Shown: positions 55,377 through 64,000 of the stretch, one piece after another
Layout of the letters: the number at the start of each line of letters is the position of its first letter
Position numbering within the stretch: position 1 is the stretch's first letter
NCBI GenBank assembly: GCA_045538465.1
Contig: JAZSRK010000017.1
Location: 14,863 to 78,862 of the forward strand
Direction: 5' to 3'
Length of the DNA: 64,000 nt
Source of the DNA: Candidatus Limiplasma sp.
Lineage (GTDB): Bacteria; Bacillota; Clostridia; Christensenellales; Aristaeellaceae
Notes under the pieces: generated by a model
What the model saw: only the letters and a program-made list of their open reading frames with translations
What the model was told of the DNA's origin: nothing
The model's database searches: none
Program-made: the position numbers and the translations under genes

Positions 55377-58286
55377 ATGGCGATCAAACTGAAAACGACC
55401 TCGAATAAAAGTTATGAATCCGCTTCTTTCCCTATTTTGGGCGTAATGGGCACCTTGCTGATCGCTGCGGGTGTGCTGGCCGGTGCGGCCTTGCTGATGG
55501 GGAATGAGAGCGCATTCTTTCACTCGATCAAAACCATGGTCAATGGCCTTTGCGGATGCCTTTCTGTTAACATGCCCATTTTGTTGATCTGGGGCGGTCT
55601 TTTGCTGATGCTGTCCAACGGCCGCAAGGTATCCTTCCGTGCTTATCTTTTGGTCATACTGCTTTATCTGCTGGCGCTGGCTTTGCTCAATTTGCTCAGC
55701 CGTATCGGCGAGAATGGCTTCTTTGTTGATTATTGCATTGCACAACGCAAGCATTCGCCGGATGCGGCTTCCTACGGAAGCGTCATCAAGGTGGCTTATC
55801 AATTTTGCGCCCAGTATGGCGAACCTGCAGGTGCCCTTGGCATGCTGCTGGCCTGGCCTGTACATCGTTTCTTGGGCACAGCTTTTGGTGCTGCGGTGGT
55901 GTTGATCGTTATTCTTGCAGTGGCGCTATGGCTTTTCCGCTTTAACCTGAGCGGACGCCTTGCGGAATTGCGGGAATCCTCGGCTCAGCGCCGACAGGAA
56001 AAGGCACGTATGCGCGCTCATAAGGTCGAGCAGCAGCGCATTTGGCAGGAGCAGCAGCAACAGGAACAGAATCTGCAAAATCTCCAGACCCCTGCCTATC
56101 TGAGAAGGCAAGCGCAGCAACCTGTGCAGCCGCAGCCTTATGCGCCCGTGCAGCAGCCCGTAATGGCCGCAAATGCACAGATGGGTTACGCAGCTGCTCA
56201 GCCTATGCAGCCAGTGCAGCCTGTACAACCCGTACAGCCCGTTACCCCGATGGTTCGTTCCACCCCTAAAGTTGATGTGGAGCTTTATGACGAAACCATT
56301 CCAGCTGCCTTAACGCAGACTGAAACTTCGAGCGGTTGGCGTCCCTTGCATGCAAAGCCGACCGCTGTGCATCAGACAACGATGACGTTTACCCCCAGCG
56401 AAATGGGCTATCATACTGATGGTGATCAGCCAGAGGCAGATAATGCTTCCGATGTAGGGGTTACCGGTAAACGCCGTAAGAATACCGCTCGTTTGGAAGA
56501 GATCCGAAAGCGCAAAGCGGAGTTGATCCAGCGCATCGAAGAAAACGAACGGGCCCGCAGCGCAGAATGTGTGCCGGAACCTGCCAAACAGCCGGTCTCT
56601 CCCTTTGCGCGTCCCGTGGAAGAACCCGCTGTACAAGAAGTGTACCATCCGCTTGTGGAGGAATTTTCCGAAGAACCCGTTATGCCGATTAAGGAAGAAA
56701 AGCCCTCCATGCCGGAAGTTCCGCAGAAGCACACGCCCATGTTTGCTCCGCTGATCGATTCGGAGGAAGAGGAGCCGGAGATCGCACCGGCTAACAACTT
56801 TGAACTCGCAGAGCCTGCACAGCCGAAACAGCCCTATGTTTTCCCGCCGGTAGATCTGCTCAATTTGGAAGAGCAGGAGATCAAGGATACGCAGGAGATC
56901 GATCAGGCCAATGCTCGCAAGCTGGAAAAAACGCTGTCCAGCTTCAATATTCCGGCAAAGGTGCAGCATATCACCCATGGCCCTGCGATCACCCGCTTCG
57001 CCTTGGGCTTGATGGCCAGCGGCATCAATGTAAAGCGCATCCAGAATATTGCTGATAATATTGCATTGGATCTGGCGGCGGATGGTGCGATCCGTATCGA
57101 GAGCCAGATCCCGGGCACCAATCTGTTCGGCATCGAAGTGCCCAACAAAGAGGTGCAAACCGTTACCTTTGCCCAAGTGCTTATGAGCCGGGAGATGCAG
57201 CAAGCCACCTCACCTCTTGCAGTCGGTTTGGGGCATGATATTACCGGTAAGCCGGTGATCTGCGATCTTTCCAAAATGCCGCATTTGCTTATTGCGGGTC
57301 AAACCGGCAGCGGTAAATCTGTCTGCGTTAATACCATCATCAACAGCCTTTTGTTCCGCGCTTCCCCGGATGATGTGCGCATGATCATGATCGACCCCAA
57401 GGTGGTCGAATTGCAATGCTACAATGTGGTGCCTCATTTGCTGATCCCCGTAGTCAGCGATCCTCACAAGGCAGCTGGTGCTTTGGCTTGGGCTGTGGCA
57501 GAGATGGAAGACCGCTACAACAAGATGCACACCAAGAATGTGCGCGAGCTGAACGCCTACAACGCCAAGCTGGGCCCCGACGAACCCAAACTGCCCCGCA
57601 TCGTCATTATCATTGATGAACTTGCCGATTTGATGATGGCAAGCAAGCGAGATGTGGAAGAAAGCATCATTCGACTGGCCCAGAAGGCTCGTGCCGCCGG
57701 TATTCATATGGTGGTCGCCACACAGCGCCCCACGGTGGATGTTATCACCGGTCTTATCAAGAGCAACGTGCCGTCCCGTATCGCTTTTGCGGTTTCCTCC
57801 ATTGTGGATAGCCGTACCATTCTGGATAAAACGGGTGCAGAGAAATTGCTGGGACGAGGCGATATGCTGTACATGCCCACTGGTGTCAAAGCGCCTGTTC
57901 GTGTACAGGGCTGCTTCCTCAGCGATGCCGAGACCGAACGGATCGTGGATTATATCGGCAAGTATTCCCATGTGGAGTTTGACCCCGATGTAATGGAAGC
58001 CTTGGAAAAACAGGACGATGATAATGCAGACGTGCTGGATGACGGCGGCTCTGACGGCAGCGTGGATGATCGCTTGGAAGAAGCCATTGAAATGGTCATT
58101 ACCGATGGACAGGCCAGCATCAGTATGCTGCAGCGCAGACTGAAGGTCGGCTATGCCCGTGCTGGTCGCATCATCGATGATATGGCAGCCAGAGGCATTG
58201 TATCTAAATCACTGGGCAGTAAGCCTCGTGAGGTGCTCATAACCCGTGAGGAGTACGATCGCATCAAGAGCACATTGCTTAGCTGA
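55377..58286 (+). CDS. ftsK: DNA translocase FtsK/SpoIIIE
   Basis: N-terminal TM bundle, Q/P-rich linker, motor with Walker A GQTGSGKS and IIIDELADLM, and a C-terminal gamma winged helix (SISMLQRRLKVGYARAGRIID). Confidence 0.95.
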   Translation: MAIKLKTTSNKSYESASFPILGVMGTLLIAAGVLAGAALLMGNESAFFHSIKTMVNGLCGCLSVNMPILLIWGGLLLMLSNGRKVSFRAYLLVILLYLLALALLNLLSRIGENGFFVDYCIAQRKHSPDAASYGSVIKVAYQFCAQYGEPAGALGMLLAWPVHRFLGTAFGAAVVLIVILAVALWLFRFNLSGRLAELRESSAQRRQEKARMRAHKVEQQRIWQEQQQQEQNLQNLQTPAYLRRQAQQPVQPQPYAPVQQPVMAANAQMGYAAAQPMQPVQPVQPVQPVTPMVRSTPKVDVELYDETIPAALTQTETSSGWRPLHAKPTAVHQTTMTFTPSEMGYHTDGDQPEADNASDVGVTGKRRKNTARLEEIRKRKAELIQRIEENERARSAECVPEPAKQPVSPFARPVEEPAVQEVYHPLVEEFSEEPVMPIKEEKPSMPEVPQKHTPMFAPLIDSEEEEPEIAPANNFELAEPAQPKQPYVFPPVDLLNLEEQEIKDTQEIDQANARKLEKTLSSFNIPAKVQHITHGPAITRFALGLMASGINVKRIQNIADNIALDLAADGAIRIESQIPGTNLFGIEVPNKEVQTVTFAQVLMSREMQQATSPLAVGLGHDITGKPVICDLSKMPHLLIAGQTGSGKSVCVNTIINSLLFRASPDDVRMIMIDPKVVELQCYNVVPHLLIPVVSDPHKAAGALAWAVAEMEDRYNKMHTKNVRELNAYNAKLGPDEPKLPRIVIIIDELADLMMASKRDVEESIIRLAQKARAAGIHMVVATQRPTVDVITGLIKSNVPSRIAFAVSSIVDSRTILDKTGAEKLLGRGDMLYMPTGVKAPVRVQGCFLSDAETERIVDYIGKYSHVEFDPDVMEALEKQDDDNADVLDDGGSDGSVDDRLEEAIEMVITDGQASISMLQRRLKVGYARAGRIIDDMAARGIVSKSLGSKPREVLITREEYDRIKSTLLS

Positions 58287-58302
58287 TAATGCAGGGGATA
58301 AG

Positions 58303-58348
58303 GTGCCACTATACAGTATGACAACTGTGTAGTGGCACACTTTGCTTC
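58303..58348 (+). terminator. probable terminator after ftsK
   Basis: 14-bp stem GTGCCACTATACAG / CTGTGTAGTGGCAC with a weak T-tract (CTTTGCTTC). Confidence 0.6.
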
Positions 58349-58387
58349 AAAAATTATCATGCGCAAAAGAATAAATTTGCGTTTTGA

Positions 58388-58416
58388 TTGTCAAGCGGCA
58401 CAATATCTGCTATACT
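58388..58416 (+). promoter_or_regulatory. sigma-70-type promoter for the asp23 operon
   Basis: TTGTCA (58388-58393), 17-nt spacer, TATACT (58411-58416). Confidence 0.6.
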
Positions 58417-58477
58417 ATTTATGTATATTGCTCAGAATCGTCCTTTTTCTGGACGTCTGATATAGGAGGTATGCATC

Positions 58478-59170
58478 ATGGCCACCAAGAAAGAAAATCT
58501 GCCCCTGACGACGAATCCCGATGGCGAACCCACCGGTACCATTACCTATGCCAACGAAGTTGTGGCTGTTATTGCAGGCGTAGCCGCCAACGAGGTGGAA
58601 GGCGTTGCCGGTATGTGCACCGTTTCCAGCGGCATTGGCGATGTTTTTGGCCGCAATAAGAACATTACCAAGGGCGTTAAGGTCGAAGTGGGCACCGAAG
58701 AAGTATCCGTAGACCTTTACCTGAATGTGGAATATGGTACGCCTATCCAAACCGCTGCCACCAACGTGCAGGAAAGCGTTCGTAAGTCCATCGAGACCAT
58801 GACTGGTCTGCATGTTGTGCGTGTGGATGTGCATGTACAGGGTCTCAGCTTCGAGAAGGAAAAGAAGGAAAACCTCGTCGGTTTGGATACCATCGAAGGT
58901 CAGACTGGCGAAAAGAAGGAAGCGATCGCTGAAAAGCCCGCTCCTGTAGCCCAGCCCGCTCCTGCAGCACAAAAAGAAGAGCCCGTGGTAAAAGAAACCG
59001 CCGCAGACGAAGCAGAGTCCGTAATGGTTGAAGAAGCAACCGAAGAAAACGCTGCCGAAACCGAGAAGGATTTTTGCGAAGAAACTGTAGCAGAAGCTGA
59101 AGAAGTAGCTGCTGAGGATGACACGACAGCAGAAGAACCCGCCGAGTCTGTAAACGAGAGCGAAGAATAA
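58478..59170 (+). CDS. Asp23/Gls24-family envelope stress protein with acidic C-terminal tail
   Basis: I.YANEVVAVIAGVAANEVEGVAGM core followed by an E/A/T-rich 100-aa tail. GGAGG RBS. Confidence 0.88.
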   Translation: MATKKENLPLTTNPDGEPTGTITYANEVVAVIAGVAANEVEGVAGMCTVSSGIGDVFGRNKNITKGVKVEVGTEEVSVDLYLNVEYGTPIQTAATNVQESVRKSIETMTGLHVVRVDVHVQGLSFEKEKKENLVGLDTIEGQTGEKKEAIAEKPAPVAQPAPAAQKEEPVVKETAADEAESVMVEEATEENAAETEKDFCEETVAEAEEVAAEDDTTAEEPAESVNESEE

Positions 59171-59258
59171 TCGAAAAGGCAATACCACTTGCAGCCCACA
59201 TAGGACTGGGGATGGCATTGCCTTTCTTTCCGTTTGGTAGAAGTAAGGAGGTAAACCT

Positions 59259-60329
59259 ATGAGATTTCGTGTTGTAGACCGAATGCTTGCAGCTTTGTCC
59301 GGATTGTTGATTTGCGCTTTGGGTATTCTGCTGGGTCTGTACGGCGCCGGCGTTCTTCCCGAAGTTGACCTGAGCTTTATGCAGGGACCCTTTACCGTTT
59401 GGCAGCGTGCGATCATTATCGCCGCAGCGTTTCTGCTGTTCCTGCTGGGTGTGCATGGTCTGTGGATGCTCTTCCGCCGTCGTGCAGACAAGGGCTTTAT
59501 TGTGCAGCGCACCGATATGGGCGATATGTGCATTTCTATGTCTGCCCTCAAGAGCATGGTTCGTAAGTGTGTAGACCAGCATCAGGAGATCAGCGTAAAG
59601 AAGACCCATATCCATCGTCTTCGCAATGGTGTCATCGTCGATTTGAAGATCCTGCTGGCCAATGGCATCAACATTCCTCTTACCGTAAATGTTTTGCAGA
59701 AGCAGATCAAGCAATATATCACCTCCTGCAGCGGTGTAGATGTGCACGAAGTGCGTGTACAAGTCGATACCAGCAACCTTCCTGTAGAAATGCAGGATGA
59801 AGAGATCCCTGTTCTTGAGCAAAATGCTGCACCTGCTGCCCTCCTGCAGGAAGAGCCTGTTGTGGAGAACTCTGCCAAGAGCATTCTGCGCCACACCGAA
59901 GAGCCTGCCGATTATGTGGAAACCGTGCCTGTGAATGCTTATGAAGCGCCCGTTGCCGCCGCAGAGGAAATGCCCGTTGCCGAAGATGTGATCGAAGATA
60001 CGATCCAGCAGCCGGTGGAAGAAGTTGCCGAAGAAAGTGCTGCATACACCGAAGAAGCGATCGAATTTCCCACCGAGGCAGCTGCCGAAGAAATGATCGA
60101 AGAAACGTTTGAAGAAGCTCCGGTAGAAGTTGCTCAGGAAGAAGAAACCGTCGTTGAAACTGCCGAAGAGTTCGTAGAAGAAGCCGCCGAAGCCTATCAG
60201 CAGGCTGAGACTTTCTTTGACGAGATGCAGGAGAAGGCACAGCAGGCCGAGGAAGAAGGCGCTGAGCTGTGGGCTCAGGTAGACGGTGCTTTTATCCGTC
60301 AGGATGAAAGCGAAGAAGCACAGGGCTGA
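59259..60329 (+). CDS. AmaP-like alkaline-shock membrane anchor protein with long acidic tail
   Basis: Two N-terminal TM segments (LLICALGILLGLYG, AIIIAAAFLLFLLGV). Position after Asp23. About 170 aa of E/A/V-rich C-terminus. Confidence 0.7.
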   Translation: MRFRVVDRMLAALSGLLICALGILLGLYGAGVLPEVDLSFMQGPFTVWQRAIIIAAAFLLFLLGVHGLWMLFRRRADKGFIVQRTDMGDMCISMSALKSMVRKCVDQHQEISVKKTHIHRLRNGVIVDLKILLANGINIPLTVNVLQKQIKQYITSCSGVDVHEVRVQVDTSNLPVEMQDEEIPVLEQNAAPAALLQEEPVVENSAKSILRHTEEPADYVETVPVNAYEAPVAAAEEMPVAEDVIEDTIQQPVEEVAEESAAYTEEAIEFPTEAAAEEMIEETFEEAPVEVAQEEETVVETAEEFVEEAAEAYQQAETFFDEMQEKAQQAEEEGAELWAQVDGAFIRQDESEEAQG

Positions 60330-60357
60330 GCGTATATTATGAATGAGGTGATAAACC

Positions 60358-60585
60358 ATGCAGGAAACCAATCAGAATAAGAAATTGCAGGTGGGCACTC
60401 CGCTGTGCGGTATTGTGTACGGTCTGGTAGGCGTAGTGATCGCCCTTTGCTTGCTTTACCTTGGTTTTTGGAAAACCTTGTTGATCGTTGCGTTTTTCGC
60501 CATTGGCTACGTGATCGGTGCTTTCAACAATAAAAAGGCTTTTGTAGAAGCCGCCATCAGCACGGTTGCCAATAAGCAGGATTAA
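60358..60585 (+). CDS. DUF2273 small integral membrane protein
   Basis: 75 aa with two TM segments, in the typical third position of the Asp23-AmaP-DUF2273 triad. Confidence 0.7.
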   Translation: MQETNQNKKLQVGTPLCGIVYGLVGVVIALCLLYLGFWKTLLIVAFFAIGYVIGAFNNKKAFVEAAISTVANKQD

Positions 60586-60609
60586 TACATACGAAACGGA
60601 GTGTAATTC

Positions 60610-61056
60610 ATGGCCCGTTCGATTGCCAGAAAAGCAGCCATGCAGCTGCTTTACGAACGAATGACCGGCGGCGATGCCGACCACGAGTCTTTGGAGCTGG
60701 TTTACGAACAGCTCTCCAACGAACGCCCGGAAGGCAGTGGCGTTCTCAACCCCAGCGAGGATGAGCGCACCTATATCAGCGATGTTCTTAGCGGCGTAGA
60801 AGAACACCAGCAGGAACTGGACGAAACCATCGAAAACCATAGTACGGGTTCTTGGTCGCTGCAGCGCGTGCCCAATGTGGATCTGAGCATTTTGCGGCTT
60901 GCAGCATACGAAATGCTGCACCGGAACGATGTGCCCGATAATGTGGCCATCAGTGAAGCGCTCAACCTTTCTAATCAGTACAGCGAACCCAAGAGCACTC
61001 GTTATATCAATGGCGTGCTGGGTGCGATGGAACGGGAAAAGAACGAAGACAAATGA
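60610..61056 (+). CDS. nusB: transcription antitermination factor NusB
   Basis: ARK.A.Q.LY and the C-terminal A.SEA..L...Y......R.INGVLG motif. Confidence 0.92.
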   Translation: MARSIARKAAMQLLYERMTGGDADHESLELVYEQLSNERPEGSGVLNPSEDERTYISDVLSGVEEHQQELDETIENHSTGSWSLQRVPNVDLSILRLAAYEMLHRNDVPDNVAISEALNLSNQYSEPKSTRYINGVLGAMEREKNEDK

Positions 61057-62021
61057 CGAATATTGCTGTAGGTTTTGATACCAGTTGCTATACCACTTCC
61101 GCCGCTGCTGTCAACCGGCAGGGGGAAGTGGTTGCATTTGCTAGAAAACTCCTGCCTGTAGAGACAGGGCAGCGCGGCCTTCGCCAAAGCGAGGCCGTTT
61201 TTGCGCATGTACGGCAAATACCGCTTGTGATGCAGGATCTGCAAGAGCAATTGACTGGTCAGAATGCAAAAATCGTTGCCGTGTGCGCTTCAGCCAGACC
61301 GGTGGATGGCGAGGATAGCTATATGCCCGTGTTTACCGTAGGGCATAGTCACGCCAAGACTGTAGCTTCGTTGTTGAATGTGCCCCTGTACGAGACCACC
61401 CATCAACGGGGACATATAGCAGCGGGGTTGATCGGTAATGCGCCGCTTGCGATGCCGCATGTGGCGCTGCACATCAGCGGCGGTACCACCGACTTGCTGT
61501 ATTGCACGCCCAATGGCATTGAACAGATGGGTTCCTCGCTTGATCTTCATGCGGGTCAGTTGGTGGATAGGATCGGCGTATCCTTTGGAATGGGTTTCCC
61601 TGCTGGACCTGCGCTGGAGAAGCTAGCTTTTACGTGCGAAAGTGAACCGAAAGCCCTTATCCCTTGCAGTATGGAACAGGGCGACCTTAGCTGCCATCTC
61701 TCTGGGGCCGAAAACAAGGTGCAGCAATTGCTGAAAGCTGGCACGGTCACACAGCCAGAAGCTGCATTGGAAGTGTTTGATCTGCTCAGCCGCACCATTG
61801 CCCGTATGCTGGTTGCTGCTGGTAAACAAACCGGTGCCAAGCAGGCATTGGTTGTGGGTGGGGTCGCTTCGTCTACCCTGCTGAGGCAGTTGCTTTTATC
61901 AAGGCTGAAAAAAGCAAGAAACCCGATCCGTGTAGTGTTTGGCGACCCACGCTACAGTGCGGATAACGCAGCCGGGGTCGCAGCGATCGGTATGCAGCAA
62001 TATCTTAGTGAAAATGAATAA
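61053..62021 (+). CDS. divergent Kae1/TsaD (M22 glycoprotease, ASKHA-fold) family paralogue
   Basis: GFDTSCYTT (compare GIETSCDET), THQRGH (compare HHMEGH), LHISGGTTDL (compare VSGGHT), GFPAGPALEKLA, SADNAAGVAAIG (compare CTDNGAMIA). The start overlaps the nusB stop (ATGA). Confidence 0.75.
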   Translation: MTNIAVGFDTSCYTTSAAAVNRQGEVVAFARKLLPVETGQRGLRQSEAVFAHVRQIPLVMQDLQEQLTGQNAKIVAVCASARPVDGEDSYMPVFTVGHSHAKTVASLLNVPLYETTHQRGHIAAGLIGNAPLAMPHVALHISGGTTDLLYCTPNGIEQMGSSLDLHAGQLVDRIGVSFGMGFPAGPALEKLAFTCESEPKALIPCSMEQGDLSCHLSGAENKVQQLLKAGTVTQPEAALEVFDLLSRTIARMLVAAGKQTGAKQALVVGGVASSTLLRQLLLSRLKKARNPIRVVFGDPRYSADNAAGVAAIGMQQYLSENE

Positions 62022-62034
62022 GGAGGCGTTCGTT

Positions 62035-62883
62035 ATGGCAACATTGTTGGATGGCAAGATCATGGCGCAGGAGATCGAGGATAGCTTGAAGCTGCGTGTG
62101 GAAGCTCTCAAGGCGCAGGGTGTAGAAGTGGGTTTGACCGTTATTTTGGTAGGCGAAGACCCTGCCTCTCAAACCTATGTAGGCAACAAGGAAAAAGCCT
62201 GTGCTCGTCTGGGTATTCGTTCCAATACGCTGCGCATGCCTGCCGATACTACGCAGGAAACGCTGGAAGCTGCCATTATGAAGGCCAATGAGGATGAGAC
62301 TGTCCACGGTATTCTGGTGCAGCTGCCCCTGCCTCGCCATCTGGATGAGGCCAAGGCGCTGTCTTTGATCGTTCCTGAGAAGGATGTGGACGGCTTCCAC
62401 GATGTAAACACCGGCAGACTTTGCAGAGGTCAGGATTGTGTGGTGGCCTGCACGCCCAAGGGCGCATTGTACATGCTCAAGCAGGCTGGTATTCCTCTGG
62501 AAGGTAAGGAAGCCGTTGTGGTCGGCCGCAGCAATATCGTAGGCAAGCCCATGGCGCTGCTACTTTTGCAGGAAAATGCCACCGTTACGGTTTGCCATAG
62601 CCGCACCAAGGATCTGGCTGAGCACACTCGCCGCGCGGATATTCTGGTGGCAGCCATTGGCAAGCCCCGTTTCATTACCGCCGACATGGTCAAGGAAGGG
62701 GCAGCTGTAGTGGATGTGGGCATCAACCGTGTGGATGGCAAGCTCTGCGGCGATGTGGATTTTGAACCCGTCAGCCAGAAGGCTTCCTACATTACCCCCG
62801 TACCGGGCGGCGTTGGCAAAATGACCATTGCCATGTTGATGGATAATACCGTAGCCGCGGCCGAAAAGAAGGTGCATGGGTGA
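62035..62883 (+). CDS. folD: bifunctional methylene-THF dehydrogenase / methenyl-THF cyclohydrolase
   Basis: LDGK..A, ILVG.DPAS..YV..K, GILVQLPLP, VVGRSNIVGKP, TPVPGGVG. AGGAGG RBS. Confidence 0.95.
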   Translation: MATLLDGKIMAQEIEDSLKLRVEALKAQGVEVGLTVILVGEDPASQTYVGNKEKACARLGIRSNTLRMPADTTQETLEAAIMKANEDETVHGILVQLPLPRHLDEAKALSLIVPEKDVDGFHDVNTGRLCRGQDCVVACTPKGALYMLKQAGIPLEGKEAVVVGRSNIVGKPMALLLLQENATVTVCHSRTKDLAEHTRRADILVAAIGKPRFITADMVKEGAAVVDVGINRVDGKLCGDVDFEPVSQKASYITPVPGGVGKMTIAMLMDNTVAAAEKKVHG

Positions 62884-64000
62884 AACTGGCTACGCTGAGC
62901 GTAGGACAGCTCAATGAGTATGTTCGGCGCGTGCTCGCCTCAGACCCAATGCTGCGCTACATTTGCGTTGCGGGTGAGATCAGCAATCTGAAAAGACATG
63001 TCTCAGGGCATTGGTATTTTTCTTTGAAAGATGAAGAAGCTGCTGTTAACTGTGCCATGTTTCGTCAGGCCGCTGGAAGCCTCCGCTTTCGTCCTGAGAA
63101 CGGCATGCGGGTACGCCTTTATGGCAATGTGAGCCTGTACACCAAAACGGGTTCTTACCAGTTCTATGTGGAGCACATGGAGCAGGATGGTATCGGCGAG
63201 CTTTATCTTCGCTTCGAAGCGCTCAAAAACCGTTTGATGCAGGAAGGTCTTTTCGACGCTGCGCTCAAAAAACCATTGCCTGCCTATGTGCAGGGTATTG
63301 GTATCGTAACCAGCAAAACCGGTGCCGTGGTGCACGATATCGCACGAGTTGCGTGGCGGCGTGACCCTTCGGTACAGCTGTATCTCTGCACTGCGTCTGT
63401 GCAAGGTGAGCATGCGGCAGAAGAGATCGCCGCAAGCATCAAGATGCTGGATCGTTTTGACCCTGCAGAGGTCATCATCGTTGGCAGAGGCGGCGGCAGC
63501 ATGGAAGATCTGTGGCCGTTCAACGAAGAAAAGGTGGCACGTGCTATCGCTGCATGCAAGAAGCCGGTTATCAGCGCGGTAGGGCACGAAACCGATTTTA
63601 CCATTGCCGATTTTGTGGCTGACCTTCGTGCGCCCACGCCGTCAGCGGCTGCCGAATTGGCTGTGCAGCGGCAGGATGTTCTGCTTGGGCAGCTTGCAAG
63701 TTTGCGAAACAGTTTGGGATCGCAAGTGGATAAGCGGATCATGCAATATCAAATGCAACTGAGCCGTATGAAGCAGCACATAACCGCTCTTTCGCCCGAA
63801 GCGATCACTCAGAAACAAATTGACAACATTGAAAAACTTCGCCTACGTATGCAAGCTGCATACGAAAGTGCACTTGGGCGCAAGGCAAATACACTGAGCC
63901 TCTATCGCCCTCGGGCGGAGCTGGCTTGTCAGCGCCAACTAAAGCAACTGGAACAACGTTTGAATGCGGCGGTGCTCACCTTGCGCACCGCGGGCCCCAT
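62880..64000 (+). CDS. xseA: exodeoxyribonuclease VII large subunit (3' end outside window)
   Basis: My own translation from GTG 62880 (overlapping the folD stop) gives VKLATLSVGQLNEYVRRVL...GEISNLKRHVSGHWYFSLKD...GRGGGSMEDLWPFNEE...ISAVGHETDFTIADFVADLRAPTPSAAAE. The frame is open to the window end, which is why it is absent from the ORF track. Confidence 0.92.
   Translation, partial: MKLATLSVGQLNEYVRRVLASDPMLRYICVAGEISNLKRHVSGHWYFSLKDEEAAVNCAMFRQAAGSLRFRPENGMRVRLYGNVSLYTKTGSYQFYVEHMEQDGIGELYLRFEALKNRLMQEGLFDAALKKPLPAYVQGIGIVTSKTGAVVHDIARVAWRRDPSVQLYLCTASVQGEHAAEEIAASIKMLDRFDPAEVIIVGRGGGSMEDLWPFNEEKVARAIAACKKPVISAVGHETDFTIADFVADLRAPTPSAAAELAVQRQDVLLGQLASLRNSLGSQVDKRIMQYQMQLSRMKQHITALSPEAITQKQIDNIEKLRLRMQAAYESALGRKANTLSLYRPRAELACQRQLKQLEQRLNAAVLTLRTAGP

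Noticed and set aside
1-64000. Search for mobile elements, prophage, defence systems, toxin-antitoxin pairs, CRISPR, and tRNA/rRNA genes.
   Set aside because: No transposase, integrase, recombinase, phage structural, restriction, Cas or other defence-type ORFs, and no inverted-repeat boundaries, were recognisable. No tRNA- or rRNA-like sequence was noticed.

Overview
The window looks like a chromosomal segment of a moderately GC-rich, endospore-forming Clostridia-type Firmicute. This is inferred from gene content and order: lonB-lon-engB, spoVD-like PBP, dpaAB, yicC-remA-gmk-rpoZ-coaBC and asp23-nusB-folD-xseA. Nearly all genes are on the + strand. Layout: (1) 1-8200, sugar-nucleotide and glycan genes: unknown protein, radical SAM enzyme, NUDIX, EamA transporter, GATase, GalE-like SDR, CapF/CapG-type L-FucNAc-pathway genes. 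(2) 8270-11375, a clear glmS ribozyme leading a nagB / LbH acyltransferase / glmM operon rather than glmS; glmM carries an in-frame TAG. (3) 11560-12300, a small AT-rich island. (4) An MFS/AraC pair, then a surface-protein cluster: a TEEPxA-repeat secreted protein, a 1699-aa Cna-B-type adhesin with an IPQTG sorting signal, and an overlapping sortase. (5) A frameshifted YwaF-like gene. (6) Housekeeping blocks, a PadR-DUF2812 pair, and a dcw cluster (mraZ to ftsZ) lacking rsmH, murF and murG. (7) A YkvI-like membrane protein, an orphan GH65 phosphorylase, dpaAB, ftsK, and Asp23/AmaP/DUF2273-nusB-(TsaD-like)-folD-xseA. I found no tRNA or rRNA genes, CRISPR arrays, transposases, integrases or recognisable defence systems. 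The most unusual feature is the GlcN6P-sensing ribozyme attached to nagB-glmM, which implies NagB works biosynthetically. I cannot verify from here whether this arrangement is already described. Start codons were chosen by eye from RBS spacing and are approximate.
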